A DNA stretch of 64,000 nt from Takakia lepidozioides (GCA_030704615.1 CM060733.1:40672001-40736000), one strand, 5' to 3'; numbered from the stretch's first letter, positions 24,924-38,358 are shown. Notes: generated from the sequence alone by a model not told the origin. A program made the numbers and translations.

Positions 24924-25292
24924 TGTAGAATATTCAACACTGTGTGACCCAGGCCAGGTAGACTAGCCGTAGCAAGAGAATGATTAGTCTAAGTGCAGGC
25001 TAGGCTAGTTCAAAGCAAGTGATCATGAGAGAAGTTTCCCGCCAAGACCAAAGTAGCCCGTCACTTACATAAGGGCAGCCTCTTCCTAGTATGAGCGTAC
25101 TGTAGCAGTAGTTTGTACTGCTTGTCCGAGCTGTGTAGCAAGAGTGAGTGTGCCCTGTACCCAGAGCTTGGTACAGGGATTGTAACCCTTGTTGTTTAAG
25201 CATAATATATGCTTGGTTGCTTGCAAAGTTGTGTACGGGAGTAAAGCTAGTTTGAGGTGTATGTGAGTCTAAGTAACAGACTGGTGTTATCA
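24924..25292 (+). mobile_element. Copia 3' LTR (369 bp)
   Basis: TGTAGA...TTATCA immediately after the PPT. Second copy at 62948-63155. Confidence 0.85.
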
Positions 25293-25299
25293 TTTAAAG

Positions 25300-27110
25300 T
25301 GTCATCTAATACCAAGTGCAATCTCCTATGTATGCAAGTGCGTCTCATATGTCGAGGCCCAAATGTGACCTCTAGGGTAGCCTCTGCCGTTGGCCCAAAG
25401 GTCCAATGTCATCTAAGTCCAAATGCATGTTTTTTCCACAGAGCCTATGCCATTTGGCCCATATGTGAAGAATTGAAGCTAAGACCAAGTGTAATTTCCT
25501 ATGTATCCAAGTGCAATCTTCTATTCATGTATCCAAGTGCATCTCCCATGTAGAGCCCCCATTGTCCATTGTCATCTAGGCCCAAGTCCAATCTCCTATG
25601 TATCCAGTTCAATTTCCTATGTATCCAAGTGCGTCTCTTATGTCGAGGCCCAAGTGCAACCTTTAGGCCTTAGGGTAGCCTGTGCCATTGGCCCAAGTGT
25701 CCAATGTCATCTAAGTCATCTAAGTCTAATTAGTTTTTTTCCACAGAGCCTACGACCAGATTTGAGCCGGAGACCTTTCCCTTGATCTCTCTCATGTCGA
25801 GGCTCCAACCTGACTTTTCAGCGACCAAAAGTACTTGGAATTCCACATCTCCCACACCGCAGGTCCAAAGATCATGAGACCAAGCCCGTGCACCCCTCCT
25901 CGTCGAGGGCTTTCCAACGGTACCAAGCACCAGCGCATCTCAACGTGACAAAACAAAACAAACGTCTCACTTCATATATTGACTAGGGTAGACAACCAGC
26001 ATGTAGCCCAGTGGTAATGGGCACATACCACGTTGGATGTGGTTGTGGGTTCAAACCACGGTCTGGTGTGTCATGAAGGTGTCCACCTTTCAGATGGAAG
26101 GCAGTAGCCCTTGTGGTGAAGTGACACCATAAGTTACGCTTCCTTCGGGAGGCGTTATATATATATATATATATATGACTAGGGTAGCCTGTGCCGTTGG
26201 CCCAAGTGTCCAGGGTCATCTAAGTCCAAGTGCAATCCCCTATGCATCAAAGCGCGTCTCCTATGTCAAGGCCAAATGCAACCTCTAGGGTAGCCTTTGT
26301 CGTTGGCCCAAATGTCTAATGTCATCTAAGTACTACGACCAGATTTGAACCGGAGACCTTTCCCTTGATATCTCTCCTGCCGAGGCTCCAACCATTGTCC
26401 CAGGAATGCCCACTTTAACATTTTTGCTATTTTTTGTGAATTTCCAACGACCAAAAGTAGCCTATGCCGTTGACCCAAGTGTCCAGTGTCATCTAAGTCC
26501 AAGTGCAATCCCCTATGTATCTAGAGACCCTATGTATTCAAGTAGCGTCTCCTATGTCAAGGCCCATGTGCGAAGAATTGAAATCTAAGCCCAAATGCAA
26601 TTTCTTATGTATCCAAGTGGGTCTCCTATGTCGAGGCCCAAATGCGACCTCTAGTAGCCTATGCCGTTGGCCCATGTGTGAAGAATTGAAATCTAAGCCC
26701 AAATGCAATCTTCTATTCATGTATCCAAGTGCATCTCCCATGTATAGGCCCAAGTGTCTAAGTCCAAGTGCGATCCCATATCTAATCATTTTTTTTTTTC
26801 CAGAGAGCCTACGACCAGATTTGAACCGGAGACCTTTCCCTTGATATCTCTCCCGTTGAGGCTCCAACCATTGTCCGAGGAATGTCCACTTTGCTATTTT
26901 TGCTATTTTTCGGGAATTTCCAACGACCCAAAGTACTTGAAATTCCACATCTCCCACACCGCGGGTCCAAAAATCATGAGACCAAGCCGGTGCACCCCTC
27001 CTCGTCGAGGACTTTCCAACGGGACCAAGCACCAGTGCTAGGGCCCCGCGGTTTGGGACATCTCAACGCTACAAAACAAAACAAAACAAACAAACAAAAC
27101 AAACAAACAA
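25300..27110 (-). mobile_element. Tandem non-autonomous Helitron-like copies
   Basis: Reverse complement of the 18.0-19.0 kb family. 3' terminus ...ggcacaggctaccCTAG|T at ~26178. Confidence 0.65.
25992..26176 (+). mobile_element. tRNA-derived SINE candidate
   Basis: A-box-like TAGCCCAGTGG, B-box GGTTCAAACC, (TA)n tail, flanked by direct repeat GACTAGGGTAG (25981-25991 and 26177-26187). Confidence 0.6.
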
Positions 27111-27129
27111 AACAAGCATGATTACTACA

Positions 27130-27790
27130 AAGGCAGTGATAGGTGAAGGACCAGGGATAGAGTGTGGATCCAGATTCATCCAAGAGGGGCAGATTTCAAG
27201 CACAAGATTACTTGTGATGAATTCTGTAAGTTAGCTCGTTGGGTGGATCTGTGGTGGTTTGGGGTGACTTTGACAAGTTTCTGACGATGTGGCAGCTGGA
27301 AAGTATCCAAAAACAGATAACAGAGTTGAGGAGATCAAGCGGTGGAATGACACTTTTCCAAGAGGGCCGGGCCGGGCAGATTTTACGCAAAGCATTGGAT
27401 TGCACTGGTTATTTGTAAATAGAGTCCTTGATTCTAGTAGTACTAGAAGTGTAGTATTGCTACAACACTTCGGCCCATGTGTGGGCTTGCTTATTTTTCG
27501 CTTCAAGTAGCAATTGAGGCTTGCATTTTTGGACCTTGGAGCCTTTGAGGTGTCCATTGAGACATTTCTCTCATTTGGATTTTGGTAATGTGATTTACAG
27601 GGCTTCTATAGCTATGTATTTTTATTCTCCTTGTGTATACGTTGCCATATGCAAAACAAAATACTTGGTTCCATTCTATAATGAAGAATTTAAAAAAAAG
27701 AATTTATATTATATAATCAATTTATATTTTAAGAGAAATTATTAAATAAAAATAAATACTGCTAGTTATTTGAAAAAACCTTTTGATGAC
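27130..27790. mobile_element. Inverted fragment of the CACTA family at 55.3-61.8 kb
   Basis: 27400-27620 is the reverse complement of ~56290-56500. 27130-27360 matches the repeated unit inverted. Confidence 0.65.
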
Positions 27791-28028
27791 ACGTGTCAAT
27801 CATAACACGTGTTATCTCGGGAGTCGCTGCCCAAAGTCATACAGCAGGCGATCCCATCATCTACCCAGATGGTAAGTATGAGCTTGGGGTTGAGTTTGTT
27901 CACGTAGACACAAACATCTGCATTTGGCACAATGGGGTTTTTATTGATCCACATGAATTGCATTTGAAGCACGTCTACAGTGCTGATTGTGCAAACAAAT
28001 CTTTAGCCCTGTGCCTTCTGAATACAAG

Positions 28029-28742
28029 TCACGTTGTCAATGGGACTTCGACTGCTCTGAAAACTAGCTCATGAGTCATCGGGCTCCTCCAGGTAAACTG
28101 GATTACAGCCGTTGTACCGCCCATGTTGATGTTCACCACAATGTCGTGCCCTTCAATCATACCACCATCGAATATGGAAAGCTTCACGTTTTCATCATCC
28201 ACACCAATGCGAATGTCCCCATACAATGGAGAAGAGGAGCGCACTCCTTCAGGAGTATACGTCTCTCCGATGGAGTCCACCCACGTCCACTGGCAGCAGT
28301 TCCACCGCAACAGCATAGCAGTGCGCATTCTTCTGTATGGGTGCCCGTTGTAGCTGGGAAAATCAGAATCAAGGATGCGCAGGAGCCACGGACTCCTCAG
28401 ACCAAGATCGTCACCCTGCTCGAAGGCGTAGTGGCCTAGGATATACTCAAAAGCGGACAATGTTTCCACATTCGAACCAGTATCTTCTGTGTAAACTGTG
28501 TACCAGATAACGATGTCTCCCGATGTTGCCGAATACATTGCATAATCAAAGCCTCCATAAGGGCAGTCATCCCAGTTCCAGAGGCACGGCATCCTTGCAA
28601 AGGAGGACCTGAGGACGTCTTTGATGCCGATGACAATGACCTTGCGGACAGCAACGAAGCCCTTAGATTTTCGCAATGATGAGAAGCGGAAGAGCAGTGC
28701 GAGCTCCAATAATGGAGCAGCTGGGTCCCACATACCCACCAA
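28029..28742 (-). CDS. Unknown conserved protein (ORF-X), homolog of 44580-45140
   Basis: Aligns by eye: LSAFEY/LSALEY, WLLRILD/WCLRIVD, WNCCQW/WRCCQW, YTPE/YMPE, LYGDIRI/VYGDILI, FDGGMIEGHD/YDGAYIGGHD, FTWRSPMTHELV/FTYRHPVSHELV. Open for 237 aa. Confidence 0.65.
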   Translation of the reverse strand: MVGMWDPAAPLLELALLFRFSSLRKSKGFVAVRKVIVIGIKDVLRSSFARMPCLWNWDDCPYGGFDYAMYSATSGDIVIWYTVYTEDTGSNVETLSAFEYILGHYAFEQGDDLGLRSPWLLRILDSDFPSYNGHPYRRMRTAMLLRWNCCQWTWVDSIGETYTPEGVRSSSPLYGDIRIGVDDENVKLSIFDGGMIEGHDIVVNINMGGTTAVIQFTWRSPMTHELVFRAVEVPLTT

Positions 28743-28843
28743 TCATCGTGTAACGTGTTCATCACGCCAGCGGTGGATGAACCGATACCTCTTTCTCATC
28801 CACGAGGTATAGTTTGAAATCTGCAACCGAAGTCCATCCCCCG

Positions 28844-28871
28844 GATGGAAATTCGGCGCGGCATTTACATC
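28844..28871. repeat. Single degenerate copy of palindrome 2
   Basis: GATGGAAATTCGGCGCGGCATTTACATC vs consensus GATGGAAATTCGGCGCCGTTTTTCCATC. Confidence 0.75.
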
Positions 28872-28909
28872 AAAGTGGGGATGGACTTTGTCGTCTCGAG
28901 TGGCTATAG

Positions 28910-29810
28910 GCCCACCTGGCACTTACTGCCAAAAAGATCATAGTCTTGCAGAAACTGATCAAACTTCTTATTCCAGACTCTAGGTGACTGCTTCAGGCCA
29001 TACAAAGCCTTCTGAAGCCTGCACACAAGTCCTGGTGATGATGAATCCTGGAATCCCCCTGGCTAGTCCATATAGATGACCTCCTCAATCTCTCCGTACA
29101 AGAAGGCCGTGCGTACATCAAACTGCACAATATTTAGATCCTCTACTACCACAATTGAGAGAATGGCCCGAATCGAGTCGAACTTTACAACCGGGCTAAA
29201 TGTCTTTTTGTAGTCCAGGCCTTCACGTTGTGTGAAGCCTTTCGCACATAGCCTCGCCTTATACCTGTCGACAGAGCCATCCGCCGCCATTTTCAGTTTG
29301 AAGACCCATTTGCACTTCACAGTCTTTGGATCAGCTAGTAGTGCTTCCATCCTCCACATACCGTTCTCCATGAGAGAACCATACTCATCACGCATTGCTG
29401 GGAGCCACTCCTCCTTCTGAAGAGATGCCATTGCCTCTTCATACGAATTTGGCTCAATGGGAGTATCATCCATCTTGGCCATGCATGCATACGAGTTCCT
29501 GTTAACAGGATATATCCACTCTCCAAGTCGAACTGGAGGGTTGCATTGCCTTGGCTGCATCGCTGGCGCAGGTGCTTCTTTGCTTGGCTGGACCGGAGCC
29601 TCCACTGCTAATGTACTTTGGATTTGCTACCAATGGCTTCAGAGTCTCGGACTTCATCTGAAATGTTGACCACACCCAGGTTATCCTCACTTGATTCACT
29701 GACCTCAGTATCGGTGTTGTGAATTTGCACCCCCTCTCCACTGCTGATCAGATTCTCTCCGCTGAGAAAAACTGGGCTGCGCGCACTAGAAGCATTCGTG
29801 TCATTTACCA
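28910..29810 (-). mobile_element. Ty1/Copia RT fragment
   Basis: EPNSYEEAM...WLPAMRDEYGSL...KCKWVFKLK...RYKARLCAKGFTQREGLDY..TFSPV...QFDVRTAFLYGEIEEVIYM. Confidence 0.92.
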
Positions 29811-30629
29811 CTAGGGTAACGACTCATTTTGAGTCATAAAAGTCAAAAAACTGGGATCGACTGGAAGTTACAACAGACTAGTTACAACAGACGTGGTAGT
29901 TGGGTTGGACATCCAATGATTGGAGTGGTAAAAGACGCAGACGCACGAACAACTGCTCAGCGATTAATGCGATTAATGCTGAAGAACCACGTGGCGTAAC
30001 CAGGCGGGCCGCCCGTGTGTCTGACCTTTTGGGCTGACTTTGACTTTTCCCTCCGGATGAGTGGACCGACTCACTGAAGCACGGTGACACATGGACGCGG
30101 ACGTGGACGACGATGTGGATGCCGACGTGGCGGCGCCACGACGAGCACCACTGCTGCCATGTGGCCACGGGCCCGGGGCGCCACGTGGTAGTAGACCACA
30201 TAACTTGCAGTGCTACATGCCCAGTGGCAATTGCGACTGCGGAAGTTGGCGCAACCACTGCTTTACTACTTTACATGAAGTGCTCAAAATTATTTGAACA
30301 ATCACTCATAGTGATTCATGCTTTGGAGTTTTGGTGTTTGTAGTGAGTCGACTAGTAATGCCATACAAGAGAACTAATCATGCATTAGAAATGCACAAAC
30401 GATGAAAGACATGCCATGAAACAAAATGAAATGAAAATGAATTAAATGAAACAAAATGTTACTTTATTACATCTGCGGAAAGCTCAAAGAGCTTATGGGA
30501 CAAAATGAAAAACACAAAGTAAAAAAGCAGCCCAAAAGCTACTGCTGCTCTGGGGATTGCCTAAGGGTCAAGGCCTCGTGCAAGTCAAGTAGTTCTGATC
30601 CTCATAATGCAAGACTTCAGCGAGTTCCA

Positions 30630-31860
30630 CGGAATAGACCATCTACCCATGGAGGTTTCTTGTAGTTATTGATCCACAGGGAATCATAGGTAAATCTTGT
30701 GCTTGAAATTTGGCCCTCTAGGATGAATCTGGACCACACTCTATCCCTGCTCCTTCAGCTATCCATGCCCCTGCACAAATCATGCATTCATCCTTGCCTT
30801 GCTGCTAGTAGCTGACAATGACAACCTACATTTGTTCTAGGAAACACCCAACTCAGCTTATCACACTAGTTCCTATGCTCAATTGCGTCTGCTACTCTCT
30901 GAAATGTAGCAGGCATTCACCTTTTTGCCTTGGTTGTCCCATCATTGACTGGGGGCAGAAAAGTATTCATTCCACAGCTTCTCCTCATGTCTGTTACTTG
31001 TTTTTTGATACTTTCCTATTGTCACATCAAAGTCACTCCAAACTAGATTCACTCAACCAGTTAACTTGCATAATTCAACATGGAAATTTTGGACCGATTC
31101 TAATAAGAGGGAAAAACAGGGTGAAATGTGCTGAAGAAGATGCCTTCATTAACAATGTCTGATTTTATCAATTGTGCCGTTGCTGCCAGTTGACCATCTA
31201 CCCATGCAGGTTTCTTGTAGCTTCATAGTTAATCTAGAACTTGAAGTCTGGCCCTCTTGGGTGAATCTGCACCCACACTCTATCCTTGCTCCTTCAACTA
31301 TCCATGCCTCGCACGAATCATGCATACAACCTTGCCTTGTTGCTAGCAGTTGACGATGACAGCCTAGACTTGTTCTAGGAAGCACCCAACTCAACTTATC
31401 ACACTAGTTCCTACGCTCAATTGCATCTGCTACTCTCTATAATCCAACAAACATTCACCTTCTTGCCTCGATTGTCCCACCATTGACTGGGGTCAGAAAA
31501 ATATTCATTCCACAACTTCTCCTCGTCTGTGTTACCTGTTTCTGATACTTTCCTGTTGTCACATTGGCAGAATCATGTCAAAGTCACTCTAAACTATCAA
31601 AGCTTCACTCAACCAGCTAACTTGCAGAATTCAGACATGAATAATTAGGGGCGATTCTGATAAGAGGGGAAAACAAGGTGAAATTGAAGAAGGTGCCTTC
31701 ATTAGCAGTCATTACACTCTATCCTTCGCTCAGCCATATTGTTGAACACTCCCTGTCCACAAGGGTATTGTTCAGAATGACATCTGCCACAATTCCAGCT
31801 TTGACGATGCAACCATGGACCTCTTTGCCCTTCCCCAGCAGGCTCGCACATGCACTACAA
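30630..31860 (-). repeat. Further copies of the repeated unit plus a PPR fragment
   Basis: Same unit as 19.1-23.3 kb. CVCSACASLLGKGKEVHGCIVKAGIVADVILNNTLVD at ~31740-31865. Confidence 0.75.
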
Positions 31861-31869
31861 ACGCAAACA

Positions 31870-34800
31870 ACTGGTTGTGGCAAACTGGGAGCAATATGTG
31901 TCAGAAGAAACCACTTATACAAATCTACAGCTTACAGGCTGTCTCTATCCTCAAAATTGGCAGCACATCACCCGCTGCTATGACATATATTGCCCTAACT
32001 GCCATCCCCCCTCTGGCCCTAGAAACCTGGGTATCCATTTGCCAAGAAGAGCTACAATCTGTGTTTCTGGATTGAGTATCCCTAACCCCCCTTTTTTTTG
32101 GGTAAACAGATTTGAGCCCAGGCTACAAGCGGTCGTTTGTTTTGGTTTGAGGTCTCGGATCCCCAGACAAAGTTCCTAAGCAGACGCTTGATTTCCTGAA
32201 TCTGTTTAGAGCTTGGGCGCCAGGAAGAAGCATAATACCATAATCCAGCTGAATGAATCTGATTAGCAACAAGGGCTCTTCCTGTAATTGAGAGATGTTT
32301 TGAACCCCAGTAAGTCAGTTTCCTCTTCAAGTTGGTCATTGTGGCAGCAAAAATCTGTTGGTCTGTTAGTCCAATTCCATATGTGTAGCCCAGTAGTGTG
32401 GTGGTCTCCCCAGGTTTGAGCCACCTTAGCCCTTGATCCATTCCCCATGAGGGCGGGGATCCCATTGTGGATTTTGAGAGGTCACCTACCAGTAAACCTA
32501 AAGTCTTATTCCAGTTTACTTTGAATCCAGATGCTGCACAAAACTTGTTCAAGGTAAACCCTGCCTGGTCCAAGTTTTCCGTGGTGGCTTGCAGCATTAA
32601 AAAGGTATCATCAACAAACATCGAGTCTACCAAGAAATTGTACTGCCTGGTAATGTAGTTAGTGACCCTGTGGCCCTTTATAAACTGATTTTGCTGTAGC
32701 ATATAGCCTAGTGTATCTGCTACCACCAGAAACATGAAAGGTGAGAGGGGACACCCTTGCCTCACTGAACACTGCAGAGGGAACGAAGCTGATAAATGGC
32801 CATTGATTGAGTCTCTGCTAGATGCATCGGTGAGTAATATCCTGACCCATTTGCAAAAGGATTGGGGAAAACCCAATTTGGCCAAGGCTGCCAGCAGGTA
32901 TGACCATTCAACACGATCGAAAGCCTTCTCAAAGTCTAAAAAGAGGAGGGCAATAGCTTGGTTTGTTCTAGGAGCGAAGTCTGGAATTTCCTGGGCTAGA
33001 AGGAGGTTATCCAATATGTATCTACCCTTGATAAACCCTGTTTGATTTGGCCTAATTATAGTTGGAAGGAGAGGCTGCAATCTAAGGGCCAGTGCCTTCG
33101 CCACTATCTTGTAAGCTACATTGAGGAGGGTTATGGGCCGATAATTGGATATGTTTGTTCTATCACCCTTTTTATAGAGTAAGGTTATAACTCCTTGTGT
33201 CATAATGGGGGGCATGTGTCCCCGTTGAAACAAGTGGTTTGCCATTGCAGTGAAATCCCTTGAGATTTTCGGCCACAACGCTTTGTAAAATTCTACTGAT
33301 AAACCATCTATGCCCGGAGATTTGTTGTTCTGTAGTTTGGATAATGCTTCACCCAGCTCTATATCTATGAACTCTCCTTCTAATTGTGAAGCCAACTCGT
33401 GGGACAGCAGGGTAGGGGTGTGTATCAAACAGGATGTTTGTTCTTCTGTTGGTTGCAGGGTGTCGAGGTCACTATGAAAAAGATTATGGAAGTGCCTGCC
33501 AGCCAGCTTGGCCATGGCCTTTGGTGTAGAAGTTGAAGTGCCTGATGGCTATTCAACAAGCTCAGAAATTGTTTGAGAGACACGTCTCAATCTTGTTTTG
33601 TCGAAAAAATATTTATTCATTTTTTCTCCTTTTGTGGACCAGTTGACACCCGCCTGCAATTTCCACTTCATCTCCTGGATTTTGTGATGAATGTCAAGGT
33701 TGTTTCTGGCTTGGACATATGTACGGTAAGTGTCTTCATCACAGTGAGTGGAGTCTATTTTTGATTGACAGACTTTGAGGCATTTATTCCTCTTTCCGAT
33801 GCTTGCTAGTTCCTGACTCATCCTCTGACTTTCAATATTGACAGCCTTCAGCTTGGCCAGGAAGAGATGTGTAGGGTCCAGGAGGTCATTTCCCGCCTTA
33901 GTCCAAGCCCTTAGTAGGCCTTGCTTGAAGCTTGGCAACTTAAGGAGGAGGTTATTTATTTTGTAAAGGCCTCTACCCCTTCTGTAAGAGTCCGGTAGGG
34001 TTATGGAGTGGGTAATTGGTGCATGGTCAAAGCATTAGGGTATTGGTTCTTGAGGGGCTCTCTTGAGGGGCTCTCTTAGCATATTGAACTAGGTCAAGGG
34101 AAAGGTAAGCCTTATCAAGACGAGCCATACTTAGATCTGCAAGAAAACGGTTGTTGGACCAGGTAAAGGTGATGTTTGATGACTGTCCAAAGATTGGCAC
34201 TGCTTCTGTGAGGTTGTGTGTTTGCATGCAGTTGAACCACTGGTCCATTTCTTCTGGGTTTGAGGTAAATAACCCCACGCCTCTTCTATCCTCTTGTATC
34301 TCCACCATATTAAAATCTCCGGACACTATCCAACTATCTATTGAAGGACGTTGTTCCCTCATTTTTGTGTTGAGAGTGTTCCAAAATTCTGCTCTGTCAG
34401 TAGAATTGTTGGGTGCATAGATATTCACCAGCCCAATCGGACCTATTGAGTTGGGTAGGGATAAGGCACAAAATTGCAATCTTCCGGGGAGCCAGATGTC
34501 CTGCGTAGTGAGGAATGGTTGAATGGTAGGTGAAAGAAGTATTGCAGTACCTCCTTTCGTTCCCGTGGAAGTGGGTTTCCATAAGGAGTTGGCTGATGGC
34601 CATAGATAATCAGAGAGGCTATCTATTTTTCCTCGATCTAGTTTATGCTCCTGTAGAAATATGATGGAATGATTTGCAAGGAAGGGAGTCAGCCAGGTTT
34701 TAATTTTCAGCATTTTAAGAGAAGTTGGGTCTGCTCCCAACCCTCTTATATTCCATGAATGGAGGTTAACGATCATTGGCAGGTCATGGTAGGCTGAGGC

Positions 34801-35790
34801 TGACAGTCTCATTTGATAGCCTCGAAGTGTGGTAGAAGATTTTAACCCTACTGTCTCTTGGTCGCAGGGAATTTTTCCAAACATAATTGTCCGGGGGCTT
34901 ATGAGTTTTGTTCTCGATGAGTATGAAAACCCCTCTTGGTTTTGTGTTTTTTGGTAGCTCATGGGATGAAGGGAATTGTTCTATAGACACTGTGGAGATG
35001 GTTACAGATAAAACCGAGGCTTCAGCCGGGAAGAACACCGCGTTGAAAAGATCGTTAAAACCAGGGTATCTCTCACTGATTGAGCCATCGGAGGGAAGAG
35101 CCCCAGAGGGTATGTTTTCTGGCAAATCAAACACTGGTAGCCTATGTCTGACCTGCTTCCCCCCCACGTATTTCCCTTTCTCGCATAACATCCAGCATCT
35201 AGCAGGGTTCCCAGATAAAACCTGATAAATGAAACAGGATGAGAGAGAGGATGGTACCTTGCTTGGGGAAGGTGGAGAGGAGGGAGTTAAGACATTGGGT
35301 GGAGAAGTCACTTGAGAGTTTGGCAGCGAATTAGCCTGGGTTGTGTCAATGATTGTTGGGGAGGATACTTGTTTGGCTCCTATCACCGAGTCCATCATGT
35401 TGTGATTCCCCTCTCGCGTCGAAGATTCCACCTGGGAGTCTGAGGAAGAGTGAGAGTGATATGTCCGCCTGGTGCCATTAATATGATCTCTTGTCCTTTG
35501 AACCTCCATTCTGTAATTTTCCCCATCCACCTCAGAGTCCAAGTGGGCTCCCATCAACTGAAACCCATTTATCACGGTATCCTGGTTTCGAATTTGCAAA
35601 CTGTGACTCCCTCTGGGGGGCTAAGAGCAGATCCTCATAAGTCCAAATAGCCTCGATTGGTGGAGGAGAGGCATATATTTCTGCATCCTCCATGAGAGCT
35701 AGAATGTGAGTTGAAGGTTTGACACTAAGTCCAGGATAGTCTTCCAGATATGCCCCCCATAAGATTTTGGTGAGGGGTGAAAGTGAAGCA
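31870..35790 (-). mobile_element. LINE (L1/Tx1-like) with APE endonuclease and RT, fragmented
   Basis: SWNIRGL, FLQEHKL, NIYAPN, GDFN, ARLD (34027-34962). KSPGIDG, NYRPITLLN, QTGFIKGR, LDFEKAFDRV, VRQGCPLSP, FVDD (32082-33515). Confidence 0.93.
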
Positions 35791-35799
35791 TGTGGCTAA

Positions 35800-38236
35800 C
35801 ACACTCCTAGTCATGTCTGTAATGTGGATGTAATTGCCGTGTCGGCTTCATTCCAGGCAGCCTCTTGGGACAGTAGTAAATTGGAGTCAGAGAGTATGGG
35901 GGATATTTTGTGGATGAAATAAGAGGAGGCTGAGTGGAAGTGTTGTTGGAAGGCCTTGATGTTAGTTGTAGGTATGGGTGAAAGTATACGGGGCTTGGGC
36001 GGTGAGGTGTGCACATCCGGAATGGGCCGGAAGGGGATGAGGGAGGGGGGGAGAGAGACAGAGATTGGGTAGTGATTAGAGTTGTATAAACTATTAAGGT
36101 GAATGTGACTCAAGAGGTAGGGTGGGATAGTATTGCTAGTTTTGAGGTAGAACCCGTCCAATAGGCTTAAGGAAGAGTAGTTAAGGCCTCCTTGTCGGGA
36201 GTAGTGATGGTCCGCTGGGATGTATCTTAGGTCTAGTTGATGGGTGAATCGAGCCCATTCGTGGTCCTCAGAGGATGGTGGTTTGTGGGTACCATTGTGG
36301 GAGTGCCCCAGTAGGGCGATGTCTCTGTTAAAGTCATGACATGATGGTGTTGGTTATCTGGATGGGTAATTGTTTGGGAGATATCATGTAGTATGTCTGT
36401 TATGAGGGGGAGGTCCTCGGGGTGTGAGGGCATGTATAGATGTATCAAAGTGATAGGGCAAAGTGTTGGGGAGTGTGACCGAAGGGAGATAGGTATCGTG
36501 AGTTTTGTGGTGGTGCTGGGAGAGTGGTGTGTGCATAGAATACCTAGTGCAACGCTCCCCTGGTGGGTTTGTATGGGGCAGAGCGACGAGATAGGCATTG
36601 CTGGGCAGTTAGAGGAAAACCATACAGTAGGTAATAGTCCAATAGAAGCTTATTTATGTAGGAGCTGCTCGTATTGATTGTAGATAACTTGGTTTCTTGG
36701 AGGAGGAAAATATGTGGTTTAGAGGAGTTGGTGAGGAGAGTGAGAAGACTTTGTACTATACTCGTAGCGAGGGATCCTACATTCCAAGAAGTAATAGTTA
36801 GTGCACAAGTGTGGATGTCCGGGGTGGCAGGGGTAGGGTTGGAAGAGGGTGTGACCAATGACGCTTCCGTGGTTTGGGTTGCCGAGGTCAGAGGATTGTA
36901 TCCAGGTATCGGACTAACTGCGGCGAGTGTAGAGTTGAGGATGTCAGTGGAGAGGAAGGGGAATTTGTGGGTGGCCTCAGTAAGGTCGGTAACAGGAGCG
37001 GTTATGGTAGCGAGATGGTCGCCTAGGATTTTATGTATAGCACCTGGTTGGGATTGCAACAGATTGAGGGATTCGTGGAGTGAGGACAGAAGGTGAGGTT
37101 GGGCTAAGTAGTTGTGCGGGTGCGGTGGCAGCCTTTTTAGTTGTAGGAGGAGGGGGCGTAGTTGGGAGGTGGAGTGGGAGTAGAGGAATCCATTACAGAC
37201 TTCTGGTAGGGGTGAGATGATGATTATAAGGGAGAAGAGAAAATGGGGTTGTGGGAAGGATTTGAGTTTTTGTAGTGCTTTAGAAAGTGTCAAGTAATGG
37301 CTAGGGGGGAGCCCGAAGGTGGTGATGATTTGTGTGGGTGTGCGGGCGGCGGAAGGGTGTGGCGGGAAGAAGGCGTGAAGTGGTCACCAATGTGTCTATA
37401 GTTATGCATGAGCGACAAGGTGTCCGGTTGGAAGTATAATGAGTATCTGTCTTGCGCGTCGGCGGGGAGATTTTGAATATGTCGTTAATGGGTGTAGGCC
37501 CAAGGTTAGGGTGTATATCACCGCAACGGAGTAATGTTAGGTATAGGCATGCATTCATATATGACTGAAGTGACGTGGGAGGGTGATGGTAGGAGTGTTT
37601 AGATTTGTCAAGATAAATATGGTATCGACCATGCGGGCTACGTGTGTGGAGAGGCGGTCGGTCCATGTAGTGCCACGCCCGGGGGTGGGGGAAGTTGATG
37701 GGGGGTGGAGAGAGTGTATGGGTCGCGGACTGCAGGAAGGGGTGAGGGCTGGTGCCGCGTGTGGGGACGAGGCAGCTAGGTGGGCTGTAGTGGGGATAAT
37801 GTGGAGGGGGTGTTGGAGAGATACGCAGTGCTTGCAGAGGAGCAGGTTGGCAGTGGGTGGTGAGGTAGGTATTGGGGAGTCGTGATGTTGGTGCCGAGGG
37901 TGGGTAATTAATGTGAGAGCTATGCTGAGTTATATAGTGAGGGGCGGCGTGTGGAGTGGTAATTGAACTGGCATATGATATGCGTAGGGGAGTGACAGTT
38001 GGTGGGTGATTTTTATAGGGGTTGGTTTCGTGGAATTGACATAAATAGGCTATGGGCTGATTTTCATTTTTGGGCCCTGACGTGAGAATATAACTGTGAT
38101 GAACGATGGTTGTGTCAAGATCCAATGTATGTAGCAACCTGAAACATAGATGAGGGAGGCGTGCGAGATCAGCCTTGTGCGGTGTGTGTGTTTGGGTAAT
38201 AGTAGTGGGAGGTAGGAGGCACGGAAATAGGGTCAT
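35800..38236 (-). mobile_element. Second non-LTR retrotransposon fragment (APE domain preceded by a 2A-like GDIHPN.GP motif)
   Basis: LTLLRCGDIHPNLGP (~37495-37545). LTITSWNVGSL...IFLLQETKL, and DGFY...SNHYPI (SDH-type APE end). Strong strand C/A skew. Confidence 0.75.
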
Positions 38237-38358
38237 ATGAAGTTGGAATGTGGCACCAGTGGACTCGTCATAGCAATGAAATGCAACATTTTATTGGAAA
38301 TTTTGTGGCAAGCCACATCTATACAAGTGTGTCCTAACCGTCATAGCCGGAATGGGCA

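Noticed and set aside
29811-30350. CCACGT-rich GC segment as a gene or fourth array
   Set aside because: Irregular short motifs with no constant unit and no supported ORF; probably a TE subterminal fragment.
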